Assembly: GCA_964418675.1 (NCBI GenBank)
Contig: CAYQMM010000003.1
Location: 152,202-216,201, forward strand
DNA length: 64,000 nucleotides
DNA from: an uncultured Candidatus Bathyarchaeia archaeon
Lineage (GTDB): Archaea; Thermoproteota; Bathyarchaeia; Bathyarchaeales; Bathyarchaeaceae
Reading direction: 5' to 3'
Part shown: one piece after another, positions 36,093 through 45,727 of the stretch
How the letters are laid out: the number at the start of each line of letters is the position of its first letter
Numbering within the stretch: position 1 is the stretch's first letter
Translations under genes and position numbers: made by a program
The notes under the pieces: model-generated
Told to the model about the DNA's origin: nothing
Seen by the model: only the letters and a program-made list of their open reading frames with translations
The model's database searches: none

Positions 36093-36220
36093 TGTTCATC
36101 CGACCGCTTCTAGGTTCAGTTCGATACCCCTGTCTTGCAGCATCTTCCCGTATCTCTCTTTCGTTTTCAGATGCTAATTTTCTTTCTCGGTTTACTAATT
36201 AAAATGTAGCTATAGGCAGG

Positions 36221-37222
36221 TTAGACCTGAAAACGCCCTTCATCCAGTATTATAACGGTCTTCATGTCTTCCTTGGTCACTCTTACCGTGGGATTTGAGA
36301 GGAGCATGTCCATGTGATTTTTTGAGGGATTTTTGCCGCCGGGCATGTCCGTGTTTGCTCCAAAAGCCACGTGGACTGTCCCTAAGAGTTTTTCTGCCTC
36401 AAGAAACTCGTTTACGAACCTAGCTTTAGGGTTGATGCCGAAGGCAAACTCTCCCACCACATCCGACCAGTCATCAGTTGCGAAAGTTTCTTTGACTCTG
36501 CGCAGGCTATCTCTGTCCTGAGAAAAGGCGCCTGTTGCTCTGCCATCCTTTGTAAGCACTTCCACGGGTTTTCTCAGTTTTCCGATTCCGCCAATCGCCA
36601 TGTCACACACCAGTCGTCCATTTAAGGAATCTTCGAGAGGCGCAACGATGACTTCGCCCGTGGGCAGATTCATCCATTTCATGGTCTTCCAGTCCAGCTT
36701 GGTGTCAGTGAAGAATTTCCTGTTCTTTGTGCTTAATGTCAAACTGGTTCCCTTGGGATTGCGAATCTTCACTGTTTCGGTTCCTTCTAGGGCGTGGATG
36801 AGCCGCTCCGCGTGACTCTGCATGTTCCTGTGCCCTTGTGGGGTGAGAGCTAAGGCGCCTTCGGTGAGCATGTCAATGGTTACTCCGGGGCAGTGTCCGA
36901 GGCGTGCCTTGTGGTCGCCTGTCTCCAGTTTTATGAGTTTTATTCGGAAAGGAGTCTCTTCGCGGTTACCCCGCAACAGGTTAATGTAGATGTCTGGTTT
37001 CTGGACAATAATCTCCTGAAGCTTTGCTGGGATTTCTCTTCGGGGTTCTTTGGGTCTCTCAAGAATTATGAGCCTTGTATCCAGTTCAAGGGATAAAGCG
37101 CCAGTTTCGAAAGCTTTTCCCACCTCGCTTTTCTCGTCATCGCAGACTATGAGGATTCTCTCGCCGCTACTGGCTTCAAGGACGCTTTCTAGCGCGTTTT
37201 TTGAGGCTTCCCAAGCTTCCAA
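36221..37222 (-). CDS. Aminopeptidase, peptidase M29 (AmpS/aminopeptidase T)-like
   Basis: GEFAFGINP...EKLLGTVHVAFG pattern typical of M29 enzymes. Confidence 0.7.
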   Translation of the reverse strand: MEAWEASKNALESVLEASSGERILIVCDDEKSEVGKAFETGALSLELDTRLIILERPKEPRREIPAKLQEIIVQKPDIYINLLRGNREETPFRIKLIKLETGDHKARLGHCPGVTIDMLTEGALALTPQGHRNMQSHAERLIHALEGTETVKIRNPKGTSLTLSTKNRKFFTDTKLDWKTMKWMNLPTGEVIVAPLEDSLNGRLVCDMAIGGIGKLRKPVEVLTKDGRATGAFSQDRDSLRRVKETFATDDWSDVVGEFAFGINPKARFVNEFLEAEKLLGTVHVAFGANTDMPGGKNPSKNHMDMLLSNPTVRVTKEDMKTVIILDEGRFQV

Positions 37223-37342
37223 ACAGCCACCTCAAGGGCATCTTGCTCATAAGTGGCTTAAATCTTACACGGGCACATACAGAATTTTTCGGTTTTATAA
37301 GAGGCTTGCTAAATGAGTTGAAGGAATGCTTTGCTAACGGTT

Positions 37343-38557
37343 TCATGTTTTGGATAATCTTCTTTTGTAGTGAGCTACGGCAACTGCAAGCATTATGAGT
37401 GTGAGGAACATCAGTATCCATGACGGAAATTCTGGAATGTTGGTAGTTTCCATGAGAGGATAATTGTCTTGGTTGTCTCCGTAAATAATGTGAGGGCTAT
37501 CGCCTATATTGTCACCATTTTCGTCTTGTCCAGTGTAGTTGCTCCAGTAGTTACCTTCAAAACCGTTGTCCCAGCTGTTCTCCGAGGGAGGCGCCTCGGG
37601 ATGCTCCATAGTAATATCGCTGACCTGTATCGTGTTGTGGATGAAGTTATTCTGGTAAATAGTGTTGTTTGAAGAATTGCTTAAGTACATGCCGTTCTCG
37701 TTGTTTTCTATGTTGTTTTCGAATATATTGTTGTGCTTGGGGTCACCGCCGAGATAGATGCCGTTCTTGTTGTTTACAATGTTGTTGCCAGTTATTTGGT
37801 TGTATTGGCAAGAAGAGCCGGAGAGCTGAATGCCATCCTCATTGTTTTCTATGTTGTTTCCTTCTATAAGGTCATTAGAGGAACTGCGAAGTAGGATACC
37901 GTATCCTGTGTTGTCTTTTATGTTGTTTTCAACAATGTTGTTGTAATTAGAGGGATTAGAATTGAACTCTGACCAGATGCCATCGCCGTTATTTGTTATG
38001 TCGTTTCCACTTATGCTGTTGTAATGAGAGGACTCATAGAGTAGAATAGCTAAGTTGTTTCCTGATATTTTGTTTCCTTCGATGTGGTTGTTAGAGGAAG
38101 TGTGTAGCGCGATTGCAATTTCATTGCTTGTTATGTTGTTTCCCGCAATGGTGGTGCTTGAAGAATTAATAATGTTGATGGAAGTGCGAAATTTGTTGAG
38201 TTCTAGATTTTTGATTGTTATGCCGCTTCTGTTTTTCAGCTCAATTCCTATTCCGCTTCCATTTCCTTGGAGAGTATAACTTGCTCCGTCAACCACAATA
38301 TTATCTCGTTGAATCTCAATTGTATGATTAATAATATTGTTCGTGAAGGTGTAGACCTCTCCATCTCTTTGGATAGGAGCAGAAGGATTAACGCTTCCAT
38401 CACTTCGGATATAAATGCTCGGCAATTGTGGTAGAGGAGGCATAATATTTGCTGCTGCCAAGTTAACGAGGTGCACCCCACAGGTCACTATCAGAAGACC
38501 CACAAAAACAGCGGAGAACAGATACGCCCGCACACATTTTTTACTCAGAATTTTCAA
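37343..38557 (-). CDS. Surface protein with right-handed parallel beta-helix (NosD-like) repeats and a PEF-CTERM anchor
   Basis: It has a signal/TM, then IYIRSDGSVNPSAPIQRDGEVYTFTNNI, many N-rich ~22-aa repeats (GNNI..N..GI.L), and the C-terminus TNIPEFPSWILMFLTLIMLAVAVAHYKRR. Confidence 0.8.
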   Translation of the reverse strand: MKILSKKCVRAYLFSAVFVGLLIVTCGVHLVNLAAANIMPPLPQLPSIYIRSDGSVNPSAPIQRDGEVYTFTNNIINHTIEIQRDNIVVDGASYTLQGNGSGIGIELKNRSGITIKNLELNKFRTSINIINSSSTTIAGNNITSNEIAIALHTSSNNHIEGNKISGNNLAILLYESSHYNSISGNDITNNGDGIWSEFNSNPSNYNNIVENNIKDNTGYGILLRSSSNDLIEGNNIENNEDGIQLSGSSCQYNQITGNNIVNNKNGIYLGGDPKHNNIFENNIENNENGMYLSNSSNNTIYQNNFIHNTIQVSDITMEHPEAPPSENSWDNGFEGNYWSNYTGQDENGDNIGDSPHIIYGDNQDNYPLMETTNIPEFPSWILMFLTLIMLAVAVAHYKRRLSKT

Positions 38558-39721
38558 CTATCCCCCTTCTCTTTTACTACAGTTACGATTCCCACGTCTA
38601 GTACTGATGCTTCTGTGCAGTCTTCTTTTGTAGATGAGCATTGTAGCTACGAGCACCGTGAGTAGGAGTAGCATTGGTGTCCATGTTGGAAATTCGGGAA
38701 ATTCGGGTACTACGTTGTCTGGAATAATTGGGTAATGGTCTATGTTGTTTGGGTTGATGTAGAAGGGTGTATCTCCTATTCCTGTGTTGGCTATTTCTGT
38801 AGCGTTACCATACCTTGTCAGATAGTCGCTCCAGTAGTTCCCTTTTTCGCCGTCATCCCAAACGTTAGGGTTTCCCGGTCTCCAGTCATCTATTCCTAAA
38901 TATAACCCAGGAATTGACACCTGAAGATTTTTCCCTGTTAAGCCATTGTTGATGAAGTAGTTATGGTAAATGATGTTATTGTTGTTTCTTGCGTTGTGAT
39001 CTTCAAATCGGATCGTCCACTGGTAATTCTCTTTTATGGTGTTTCCAATGATGCTGTTGTTGGGTGAATCGTTGAGAAGGATGCCGTCACTATTTCTTGC
39101 TATGTAATTTTCAGAAATTATGTTATCTCCAGTTTCCTCAAGCAAAACGCCGAACTCGTTATTGTTTGTTATGGAGTTTCCAACTATGCTGTTGTTGCCG
39201 GGATAGACAATATGGATACCTTTATCGTTTAGTGTAATGTTGTTCCCATGTATGCGATTATGTGAAGAAGTTGCTATATAGATGCTCCTATGGGTTGCAG
39301 TTATTGTGTTTCCCAAAAGTTCTATGCCCAAATTACCATTCTGGAGCCTAATTCCATAATTGAAATCTCTAATTTCCATTTTTGTAACTGTAACATTATT
39401 CTGATTTCTGATGAAAATTCCAGTAGAGTTACCATATCCTTGGAGGGTGTAGTCTCCCCCATCAAGTACAACATTATCCCTTTCAATCACTATGGAATAT
39501 CCAAAAATGTCATCCATCAAAGTGTAGATTTCTCCGTTACGTTGAATAGGCGCTGTCGTCGGATCAACGCTCCCATCACTTCTGATAGTAAAAGCTGGCT
39601 GAGGAGGTGGAATATAATGAGTGAAATTTGCTTTTGCTAACCTTATGAATTGCGCTCCAGCAAGTAATGAAAACAAAAACAGCGAACTGAAAACTGTTGT
39701 CAGCAGCTTTTTCCTATTCAT
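38558..39721 (-). CDS. Surface protein with parallel beta-helix repeats and a PEF-CTERM-like anchor (paralog)
   Basis: FTIRSDGSVDPTTAPIQRNGEIYTLMDDI, beta-helix repeats, and VVPEFPEFPTWTPMLLLLTVLVATMLIYKRR followed by a short basic tail. Confidence 0.8.
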   Translation of the reverse strand: MNRKKLLTTVFSSLFLFSLLAGAQFIRLAKANFTHYIPPPQPAFTIRSDGSVDPTTAPIQRNGEIYTLMDDIFGYSIVIERDNVVLDGGDYTLQGYGNSTGIFIRNQNNVTVTKMEIRDFNYGIRLQNGNLGIELLGNTITATHRSIYIATSSHNRIHGNNITLNDKGIHIVYPGNNSIVGNSITNNNEFGVLLEETGDNIISENYIARNSDGILLNDSPNNSIIGNTIKENYQWTIRFEDHNARNNNNIIYHNYFINNGLTGKNLQVSIPGLYLGIDDWRPGNPNVWDDGEKGNYWSDYLTRYGNATEIANTGIGDTPFYINPNNIDHYPIIPDNVVPEFPEFPTWTPMLLLLTVLVATMLIYKRRLHRSISTRRGNRNCSKREGG

Positions 39722-39727
39722 TTTTCT

Positions 39728-40573
39728 TCACTCCCCCATTCTTTTGCGTTTCAGAAACAGATAACCAGCTATCACAACTATAGCTATCAGCATAGCCCCT
39801 ACAAGGGCATAACTATACTCTATGGGTAAGCTTGAACTTGAGGAACCGGAGTTAGCTTGTTCCGACTCGTCTTCGGTGAAGGAGATTAATAGGTCGCCTA
39901 GAAGCGGTTTATCGTACTCGGAGACAATTTGGAGTGTTACTGTTTCTGCTGTATCCTCTTTTGCGATTGTGTAGTTGACTGGATTCAATGTTCCATTGAC
40001 TGCTATGGTGTTCATTTGAAGTTCTGTGTAGTTTGTTTCGAATCTTATGTTAAAGTGGGCAGTGGATTTGTTGCTCCAAGGCGACAGATAGGGGCTTATG
40101 TTCAAGTCGTACAGAAACGTGTAGCTTCCATCTACCATCACAATAGGGTGCTCATAGTGAATTTTCAGGATAAAGTGGTCTGGAACTGTGATTACCGAAG
40201 AAATCATGGGCCAATAGCCAAGGGCAGTATAATGTGTCGCGTCAGGATAGATTTGGGTGTAATTGTCCCAAGTGAGCTCTGTTTCATCCATTTTTAGAGA
40301 TATGTTGGTTGTGCCTAAAGGAGTAGGATAAACCATTGGTAGGGTATCGTCAGTAAAGGTAAATGCCGTGTTGTTAGTCAATTGATTTTGACATTCAATA
40401 GCAACTTTATCCATGGGATATGTTCCGTCCACTTTTGCCCATAAGCTTCCATTAACCTGAGAAATCGTGTAGTTGATGTATTCTTCAGGCATCTGAAGAG
40501 AATAGAGTGGAAGAGGATTCGCCTCTGCCAAGTTAAGCAGTTGTGCTCCAGCGAATGCTGAGAACAAAAGCAA
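39728..40573 (-). CDS. Secreted N-glycosylation-motif-rich protein with a C-terminal TM anchor
   Basis: It has a signal-like N-terminus, numerous NxT/S sequons, a Ser-rich linker, and then LVGAMLIAIVVIAGYLFLKRKR. Confidence 0.6.
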   Translation of the reverse strand: MLLFSAFAGAQLLNLAEANPLPLYSLQMPEEYINYTISQVNGSLWAKVDGTYPMDKVAIECQNQLTNNTAFTFTDDTLPMVYPTPLGTTNISLKMDETELTWDNYTQIYPDATHYTALGYWPMISSVITVPDHFILKIHYEHPIVMVDGSYTFLYDLNISPYLSPWSNKSTAHFNIRFETNYTELQMNTIAVNGTLNPVNYTIAKEDTAETVTLQIVSEYDKPLLGDLLISFTEDESEQANSGSSSSSLPIEYSYALVGAMLIAIVVIAGYLFLKRKRMGE

Positions 40574-40590
40574 TGCAATAAATGCTGTTG

Positions 40591-40785
40591 TTAACTTTGT
40601 TTTCTTGTTCGTTTTCCTTCATCCCCTTTTTGGTGTTCGATGTATAGTAGATATCCTGCTATTGCAACAGCAACTGCTGCTACGATAACTACTGCGTAAA
40701 GCCATTCTGTTGGTAAACTTGAGCCAAAGTAACCTAGGAAAACCGCCAGTATCAACAGAGGCAGTATTAATGCGAATTTATTCAT
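40591..40785 (-). CDS. Small two-TM membrane protein
   Basis: This 64-aa ORF reads MNKFALILPLLILAVFLGYF...AVVIVAAVAVAIAGYLLYI and heads the minus-strand surface-protein cluster. Confidence 0.45.
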   Translation of the reverse strand: MNKFALILPLLILAVFLGYFGSSLPTEWLYAVVIVAAVAVAIAGYLLYIEHQKGDEGKRTRKQS

Positions 40786-40921
40786 GTTGGATGCTCCAAC
40801 AATTCATTTATCGCCGATTACGTCATAAAAGATTTTTTGTAAAGGTTTCTTGACTAAACAAATGATGCATTTAGTCAAGGTTTCTTGACCAAAAATGTTT
40901 TCTTTTCTGTAGGTAAAGGTA

Positions 40922-41779
40922 TTGGTGGTGCCCAAGGTGGCGCAAAGAAGGGTAGCTCTCATTCTGTTATTGATTCTCTCTTTCACCCTGATAATTTTGA
41001 CAAATGTCGAGGTAGTTGGGGCAAGCGGAACCGTCTACATTAGAGCTGATGGAAGCGTTGAGGGAACAGATAGAATTCAACGCAACGGCGACATCTATAC
41101 TTTAACGGATAACATTTCAGAGGGGATTCAGGTTCAGAGAAGTTTCATTGTGCTTGATGGCGCAGGTTATACTCTCCAAGGAACCGGAGGGACAGGAGAA
41201 ATAGGGATAGACCTCAGGAATGAAAGGCATCATTACCCATCACGCCCTGAAATATCCAATGTAACAATCAAAAACCTGCGAATCGTAAACTTCGACCGTG
41301 GCATAGAAAACGTCAACACCAGAAACAACACCATCATTGGAAACTACATAGCAGACTGTTCTACTGGCATCAATATAGGTAGCTCAAACAATCTCATCAA
41401 GAATAACACCCTTGCAAACAACGTTAATGGTGTATCCATAGCCTACAGCGGAGGCAACAATATTATCACCGAAAATAACATGATAAATGATGCAGTCTCA
41501 TCAAACAACGTATTCACAGTTTGGCTGTCCCCACAACCCACCATTGATAGGAACTACTGGAGCGACTACAATGGCACAGACAGTGACGGCGACGGCATAG
41601 GAGACACTCCCCACACCCGCATTGCTGGAAACGAGACAATATACATCGACAACCATCCCCTCATGGAACCAGTCCCCATAATCCCAGAGTTTCCCTCATG
41701 GATTATTCTGCCATTATTCTTGGTAGCAACTTTAGCGGTCCTAGTCTACAAGAAGAAAACTGCCTTTGCTTCAGCCTGA
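40922..41779 (+). CDS. Surface protein with parallel beta-helix repeats and a PEF-CTERM anchor (paralog, divergent orientation)
   Basis: VYIRADGSVEGTDRIQRNGDIYTLTDNI and the C-terminal PIIPEFPSWIILPLFLVATLAVLVYKKK. Confidence 0.8.
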   Translation: MVVPKVAQRRVALILLLILSFTLIILTNVEVVGASGTVYIRADGSVEGTDRIQRNGDIYTLTDNISEGIQVQRSFIVLDGAGYTLQGTGGTGEIGIDLRNERHHYPSRPEISNVTIKNLRIVNFDRGIENVNTRNNTIIGNYIADCSTGINIGSSNNLIKNNTLANNVNGVSIAYSGGNNIITENNMINDAVSSNNVFTVWLSPQPTIDRNYWSDYNGTDSDGDGIGDTPHTRIAGNETIYIDNHPLMEPVPIIPEFPSWIILPLFLVATLAVLVYKKKTAFASA

Positions 41780-41904
41780 AAAAAGCTGTTTTTCAACAAT
41801 CTGCTGTGATTAGGCTCCAAATAGAGCTTTTGTCTGTTGTGGAAATGTTTATGTTTTTAGGGTAGACAATTCCTTCTAAGGACAGCCCCTTAAAGGTAGA
41901 ACTT

Positions 41905-43593
41905 ATGCGAACTGAATTTCGGGTCTTGGCTGAGTTAGGCGACAGGCTAGAGAAGACCAGAAAGCGCACTTTAATGGTTGATCTTGTGGCAGAATTTCTG
42001 AGAAACCTGTCCCCTGACGAGATTGAAGCCGCAGTATCCATGATTCTTGGGCAACCCTTCCCAAAGGCAGATGCCAGAACCCTTGAAGTTAGCTGGGCGA
42101 CCGTGAGGGACGTGGTTAACCGTCTGGTAAAGGTGGATTGGAAGACTTTCACGGAAGCTTTCGGCAGAACTGGAGATTTGGGGGCAACCATCAAAAGCAT
42201 ATTTGAGGCAGGCAAGATTAGACGGCAGGCTACGCTTGTTGAGAAATCTCTAACCATTCTTGAAGTGAGACGCAGTCTAGAAGCCATCGCCGAAACCAGC
42301 GGCGCCGGTTCTAGGGAACGAAAGGAGCGTCTACTGGAAACATTGTTGGGAGATGCCACGCCCCTAGAAGCAAAATACATCATCAAAATATTGATTGGTG
42401 AGATGCGAACAGGCTTCCATGAAGGACTGATGGAGCTCGCTATCTCAGAGGCTTTCCATGTTCCCCATGAAGTTGTGAGAAAAGCAAACATGATAACCGG
42501 CGACATAGGAACAGTGGCGGCGGTAGCCAAAACAAGGGGCAAAGATGGGGTTTCGAAGCTTCAGGTGCAGGTTTTTCAGCCGATAAAACCCATGTTAGCC
42601 CAGACAGCTGAGGACGTGAAAGAAGCCCTGAACCAGCATAACGGCAAAACAGCCTTCGAATATAAGCTGGATGGAGCCCGCGTTCAGATTCACATCTCCA
42701 AGGATAACGTTAGGATTTTTAGTCGCAGATTATCTGATGTGACAGGGAGCTTCCCAGAAATCGTCCACCTAGCTCAGATCCAAATCGCTGCTGATGAAGC
42801 TATTTTGGAGGGTGAAATCATCGCCGTGGGAGAGGGGGGTGGTCCGGTTCCCTTTCAGCATCTTATGAGGAGGTTTCGGAGAGTCCGTGATGTAGAAGAT
42901 ATGGCTGAAAGGATTCCTGTTCAACTTCAACTCTTCGACCTCATGTATTTGGACGGCAGAAGCCTCATCGATGAACCATATATTGAACGAAGAAAAAAAC
43001 TGGGTGAAATATGTGGGAACATACGTTTGACCAAACAGAAAATCACAGATAATCCAGCTGAAGCCGAGAGTTTCTTGAAGGAAGCTATAGGTAGCGGTCA
43101 TGAGGGGGTTGTAGCCAAAAAACTGGATAGCCCATACACTCCGGAGATTCGGGGAAAACGCTGGTTCAAAATAAAAGAATCACTGGAGCCCCTGGATTTA
43201 GTCATTGTTGCTGCAGAGTATGGGTATGGACGGAGACACGAATGGCTCTCAGACTATTACTTGGCTGCCCGAGACCCAGAGACTGATGATTTTGTTGTAG
43301 TTGGAAAGACCTTCAAAGGCTTAACAGACACAGAAATCATCGAAATAACAAGGCACCTAAAAGAGTTGACAGTTCGAGAGGAACGGCGAAGAGTAACCGT
43401 GACTCCAAAAATCGTGGTTGAGGTGGCATATAACGAAATCCAAGAAAGCCCAAAATATAGATGCGGCATGGCATTACGCTTCGCTAGGATAACCCGCATC
43501 CGAGACGACAAAAGCCCCGAAGAGGCAGACACCATCCAAAGAATCAGAAAAATCTACGAGAAACAGTTCGAAAAGAAAGCCAGATTCCGTTAA
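41905..43593 (+). CDS. lig: ATP-dependent DNA ligase
   Basis: EYKLDGARVQIH (motif I KxDG), EGEIIA, GHEGVVAKK and RWFKIK; 562 aa. Confidence 0.93.
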   Translation: MRTEFRVLAELGDRLEKTRKRTLMVDLVAEFLRNLSPDEIEAAVSMILGQPFPKADARTLEVSWATVRDVVNRLVKVDWKTFTEAFGRTGDLGATIKSIFEAGKIRRQATLVEKSLTILEVRRSLEAIAETSGAGSRERKERLLETLLGDATPLEAKYIIKILIGEMRTGFHEGLMELAISEAFHVPHEVVRKANMITGDIGTVAAVAKTRGKDGVSKLQVQVFQPIKPMLAQTAEDVKEALNQHNGKTAFEYKLDGARVQIHISKDNVRIFSRRLSDVTGSFPEIVHLAQIQIAADEAILEGEIIAVGEGGGPVPFQHLMRRFRRVRDVEDMAERIPVQLQLFDLMYLDGRSLIDEPYIERRKKLGEICGNIRLTKQKITDNPAEAESFLKEAIGSGHEGVVAKKLDSPYTPEIRGKRWFKIKESLEPLDLVIVAAEYGYGRRHEWLSDYYLAARDPETDDFVVVGKTFKGLTDTEIIEITRHLKELTVREERRRVTVTPKIVVEVAYNEIQESPKYRCGMALRFARITRIRDDKSPEEADTIQRIRKIYEKQFEKKARFR

Positions 43594-43602
43594 CATTCCC
43601 TA

Positions 43603-44346
43603 TCAGGCAAGTCGACTTTTGATGAGGTCAGCGAATCTTTTCCATCCATTCTTCTCTTTGACAAACCAGAATTTTTTTAATCTCCTGAAATAGGCTAGAC
43701 AGTAACCTGCAAACAAAAAGACAACATTAAAACCGACCAACGTTGCACTTCTGTAATCTTTCACGCTGCGAAGAACCATAGGCAAGGAGTAGCCTAAACG
43801 ATACTTCAAAACTCCATTCTGAACCCAAACATCAGCAGGATATTTTTTAGAGGCTGGCTTAATCGGTTCAACAATATAGCCACGATGATTGTAACCCAAC
43901 TCATGGATTGTATGGTGAACCACACTGTCTTCTCCAAAAACCTGTGGATAAACGCCCTTAAAAGCCTCCAAAAAAGTAGGCATCCTCAGCAGTTGCGCAT
44001 ATCCACCGTAACCAGCTAAATCCACGTTCAACTGGAGCATCTTTTCAAGGAAATCCCGTGGCAACACCGTGTCACCGTCAACCCTGAGAAGATAAGTGTA
44101 ATCTCCCAAGTTCTCATACGATAAGACGTGATTTATTGCTCTGCCAACCCGTTCTCCAACATAACGATATTGACTGTAACTTTTGTGGGCAACAACAACT
44201 TTTGAAGGCTTAACCGTTTGATTGAAAATAGACTGTAAAGTGGCAGCTGGATGATCAAGAGAAACGACGACACATAGAACTTTAGGTCCACACATACTTT
44301 TCAAACAATTCCCTCCATTCAGGGTTCTTTTGGTTACAGTCCACAC
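43603..44346 (-). CDS. Glycosyltransferase family 2-like protein
   Basis: VVVSL...L.SI.NQT followed by LLRVDGDTVLP (DxD-like). The likely start is MCGPKV at about 44295, so the overlap with the upstream gene is smaller than in the track. Confidence 0.55.
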   Translation of the reverse strand: MWTVTKRTLNGGNCLKSMCGPKVLCVVVSLDHPAATLQSIFNQTVKPSKVVVAHKSYSQYRYVGERVGRAINHVLSYENLGDYTYLLRVDGDTVLPRDFLEKMLQLNVDLAGYGGYAQLLRMPTFLEAFKGVYPQVFGEDSVVHHTIHELGYNHRGYIVEPIKPASKKYPADVWVQNGVLKYRLGYSLPMVLRSVKDYRSATLVGFNVVFLFAGYCLAYFRRLKKFWFVKEKNGWKRFADLIKSRLA

Positions 44347-45256
44347 ATGCAGGGTGGTTCAAACCAACATCCAACCGCTTCCGATAAGCTTCAAGCAAAT
44401 CAATTTCCTCAACATGCCCATAATTCTGGGAATAGGGAGCGACACAACATTGCATAAGCTTGCCTTCAAAACTGATTGCCATATTATGAAAACAACTACA
44501 AGGCAATTCATACTTTGCCAATCTTAATTCGAATTGGCTCCGATAATCCTCAAGCAACTTGTTTGGCGCATTAAGTTTGTTGCTTTGATTCTGACCACAT
44601 CCAACATGCAAACATCTAACATCCTGCCTAAAATCCTTAAAGCGGTTTTTCCAATTTTCAAGATCAAAAGCGTTGTCATCGAATAAGATGAAGTTTATCC
44701 ATAATCTTTGATGCCAATACCTGTGAGAATTGACAAAATACAAGGTTTCCATGGCTTTTTCAAATAACGGTTTACCGTGAACCTTAGCGTACAAATCAGG
44801 ATTTGATGCCGAAATCGTAAACCGTATATCATCAATGTGTGGGTTAATCAAAAGATGTTTATTTTTGGTTGCCACCCCATTGGTGAAAATATCGATTCTA
44901 CAACCCAGCCCTTTCTTCAATAACTTAACAAAATCAGGCAAACGCTTTTCAAGTAAAGGGTCGCTGTCCATCCAAGGGCGGGCATAATTGATGAACACTT
45001 TATTCTCTCTTAGAACCCGCACCAAAAACTTTGCTGTGCCAAAATCCAATTCGCCTTGCTTCTCCTTAACAAAAGTTGATTGAGGATTACAATAAACACA
45101 GTTTAAGCTGCATTTTCTATTTTGAGTATCCAATTCTAGGCTAACTGGTTGTCTAGCCCATAAAGGAACCCCATGAAGCTTCTTATGCAATTTAACGCGG
45201 GAAGTTCGTAAGCTGCACCGCAAATCCTGAAGCTTATTAATCAGTTTTCCATCCAT
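44282..45256 (-). CDS. Radical SAM protein (additional C-terminal Cys cluster, SPASM-like)
   Basis: CSLNCVYCNP (CxxxCxxC), plus the C-terminal CSCFHN...CCVAP...CVDCN. Confidence 0.75.
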   Translation of the reverse strand: MDGKLINKLQDLRCSLRTSRVKLHKKLHGVPLWARQPVSLELDTQNRKCSLNCVYCNPQSTFVKEKQGELDFGTAKFLVRVLRENKVFINYARPWMDSDPLLEKRLPDFVKLLKKGLGCRIDIFTNGVATKNKHLLINPHIDDIRFTISASNPDLYAKVHGKPLFEKAMETLYFVNSHRYWHQRLWINFILFDDNAFDLENWKNRFKDFRQDVRCLHVGCGQNQSNKLNAPNKLLEDYRSQFELRLAKYELPCSCFHNMAISFEGKLMQCCVAPYSQNYGHVEEIDLLEAYRKRLDVGLNHPACVDCNQKNPEWRELFEKYVWT

Positions 45257-45727
45257 ACCCGTTCTTTGTCAAACCGTGCTATATGACTTTAATTGCCATC
45301 AACTTAGAAAAAGAAAGTTCGCATAGGAGACGGGTGATTTATCGCCACTGCTTGAGAAAAAGCCGGATTCCATTTGCATTTCGCGTGCCATTTGGAGAGC
45401 GCTTAAAGCTTATATAGTCATTGATAGCCAACAGAGTATGATTTGGGTTTGGGAAGCATGAGTAGGCAAATGAATAAACCCCCACGTCGTCGCCGAGCGT
45501 GGATGCTTCCCTTTACCCTTTTTGGAACTCAGGGAGTTCCTATTTAAGGGGAGATATAACAGTGTTATATAAAATTTACCGGTACATTACACTCTCCCGC
45601 TTTCAAGACCCTCCCCGTACAAAAGCACTCAGTTAAGCCCAACAGTTCTATTTCGCTTTTCTGGGACCTCAGCAACCTTTTAAAGAGACAAACTCCACAA
45701 ATCATTCAGAAGTTTGAGGGCTGATTT
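45257..45727. other. Candidate replication origin (oriC) region upstream of orc1/cdc6
   Basis: This is a 471-bp non-coding gap. It contains the dyad GGAACT-n5-AGTTCC at 45524-45540 followed by GGGGAG, the inverted repeat GGGAAGCAT 45451-45459 / ATGCTTCCC 45503-45511, an AT-rich palindrome ATATAAC-AGT-GTTATAT at 45554-45570, and CCATTTG twice (45370 and 45388). Confidence 0.45.

Noticed and set aside
37343-39721. Periodic DNA-level repetition that could be mistaken for a repeat array or CRISPR.
   Set aside because: The periodicity is the ~66-bp coding repeat of Asn-rich parallel beta-helix turns inside long ORFs. There are no identical direct repeats with unique spacers. I saw no CRISPR array anywhere in the window.
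20709-41824. The 21-kb segment bracketed by the ~45-bp direct repeats, one of them next to tRNA-Ala, considered as an integrated element with att sites.
   Set aside because: The interval is filled with core single-copy housekeeping genes (proteasome, exosome, prefoldin, ECF transporter, lysC-hom, apgM). It contains no integrase, and the repeat does not overlap the tRNA. The repeats are reported only as an intergenic motif.
41793-42542. A 249-aa minus-strand ORF from the track.
   Set aside because: It is antisense to the well-supported DNA ligase gene and has a Ser/Arg/Leu-rich shadow-ORF composition.
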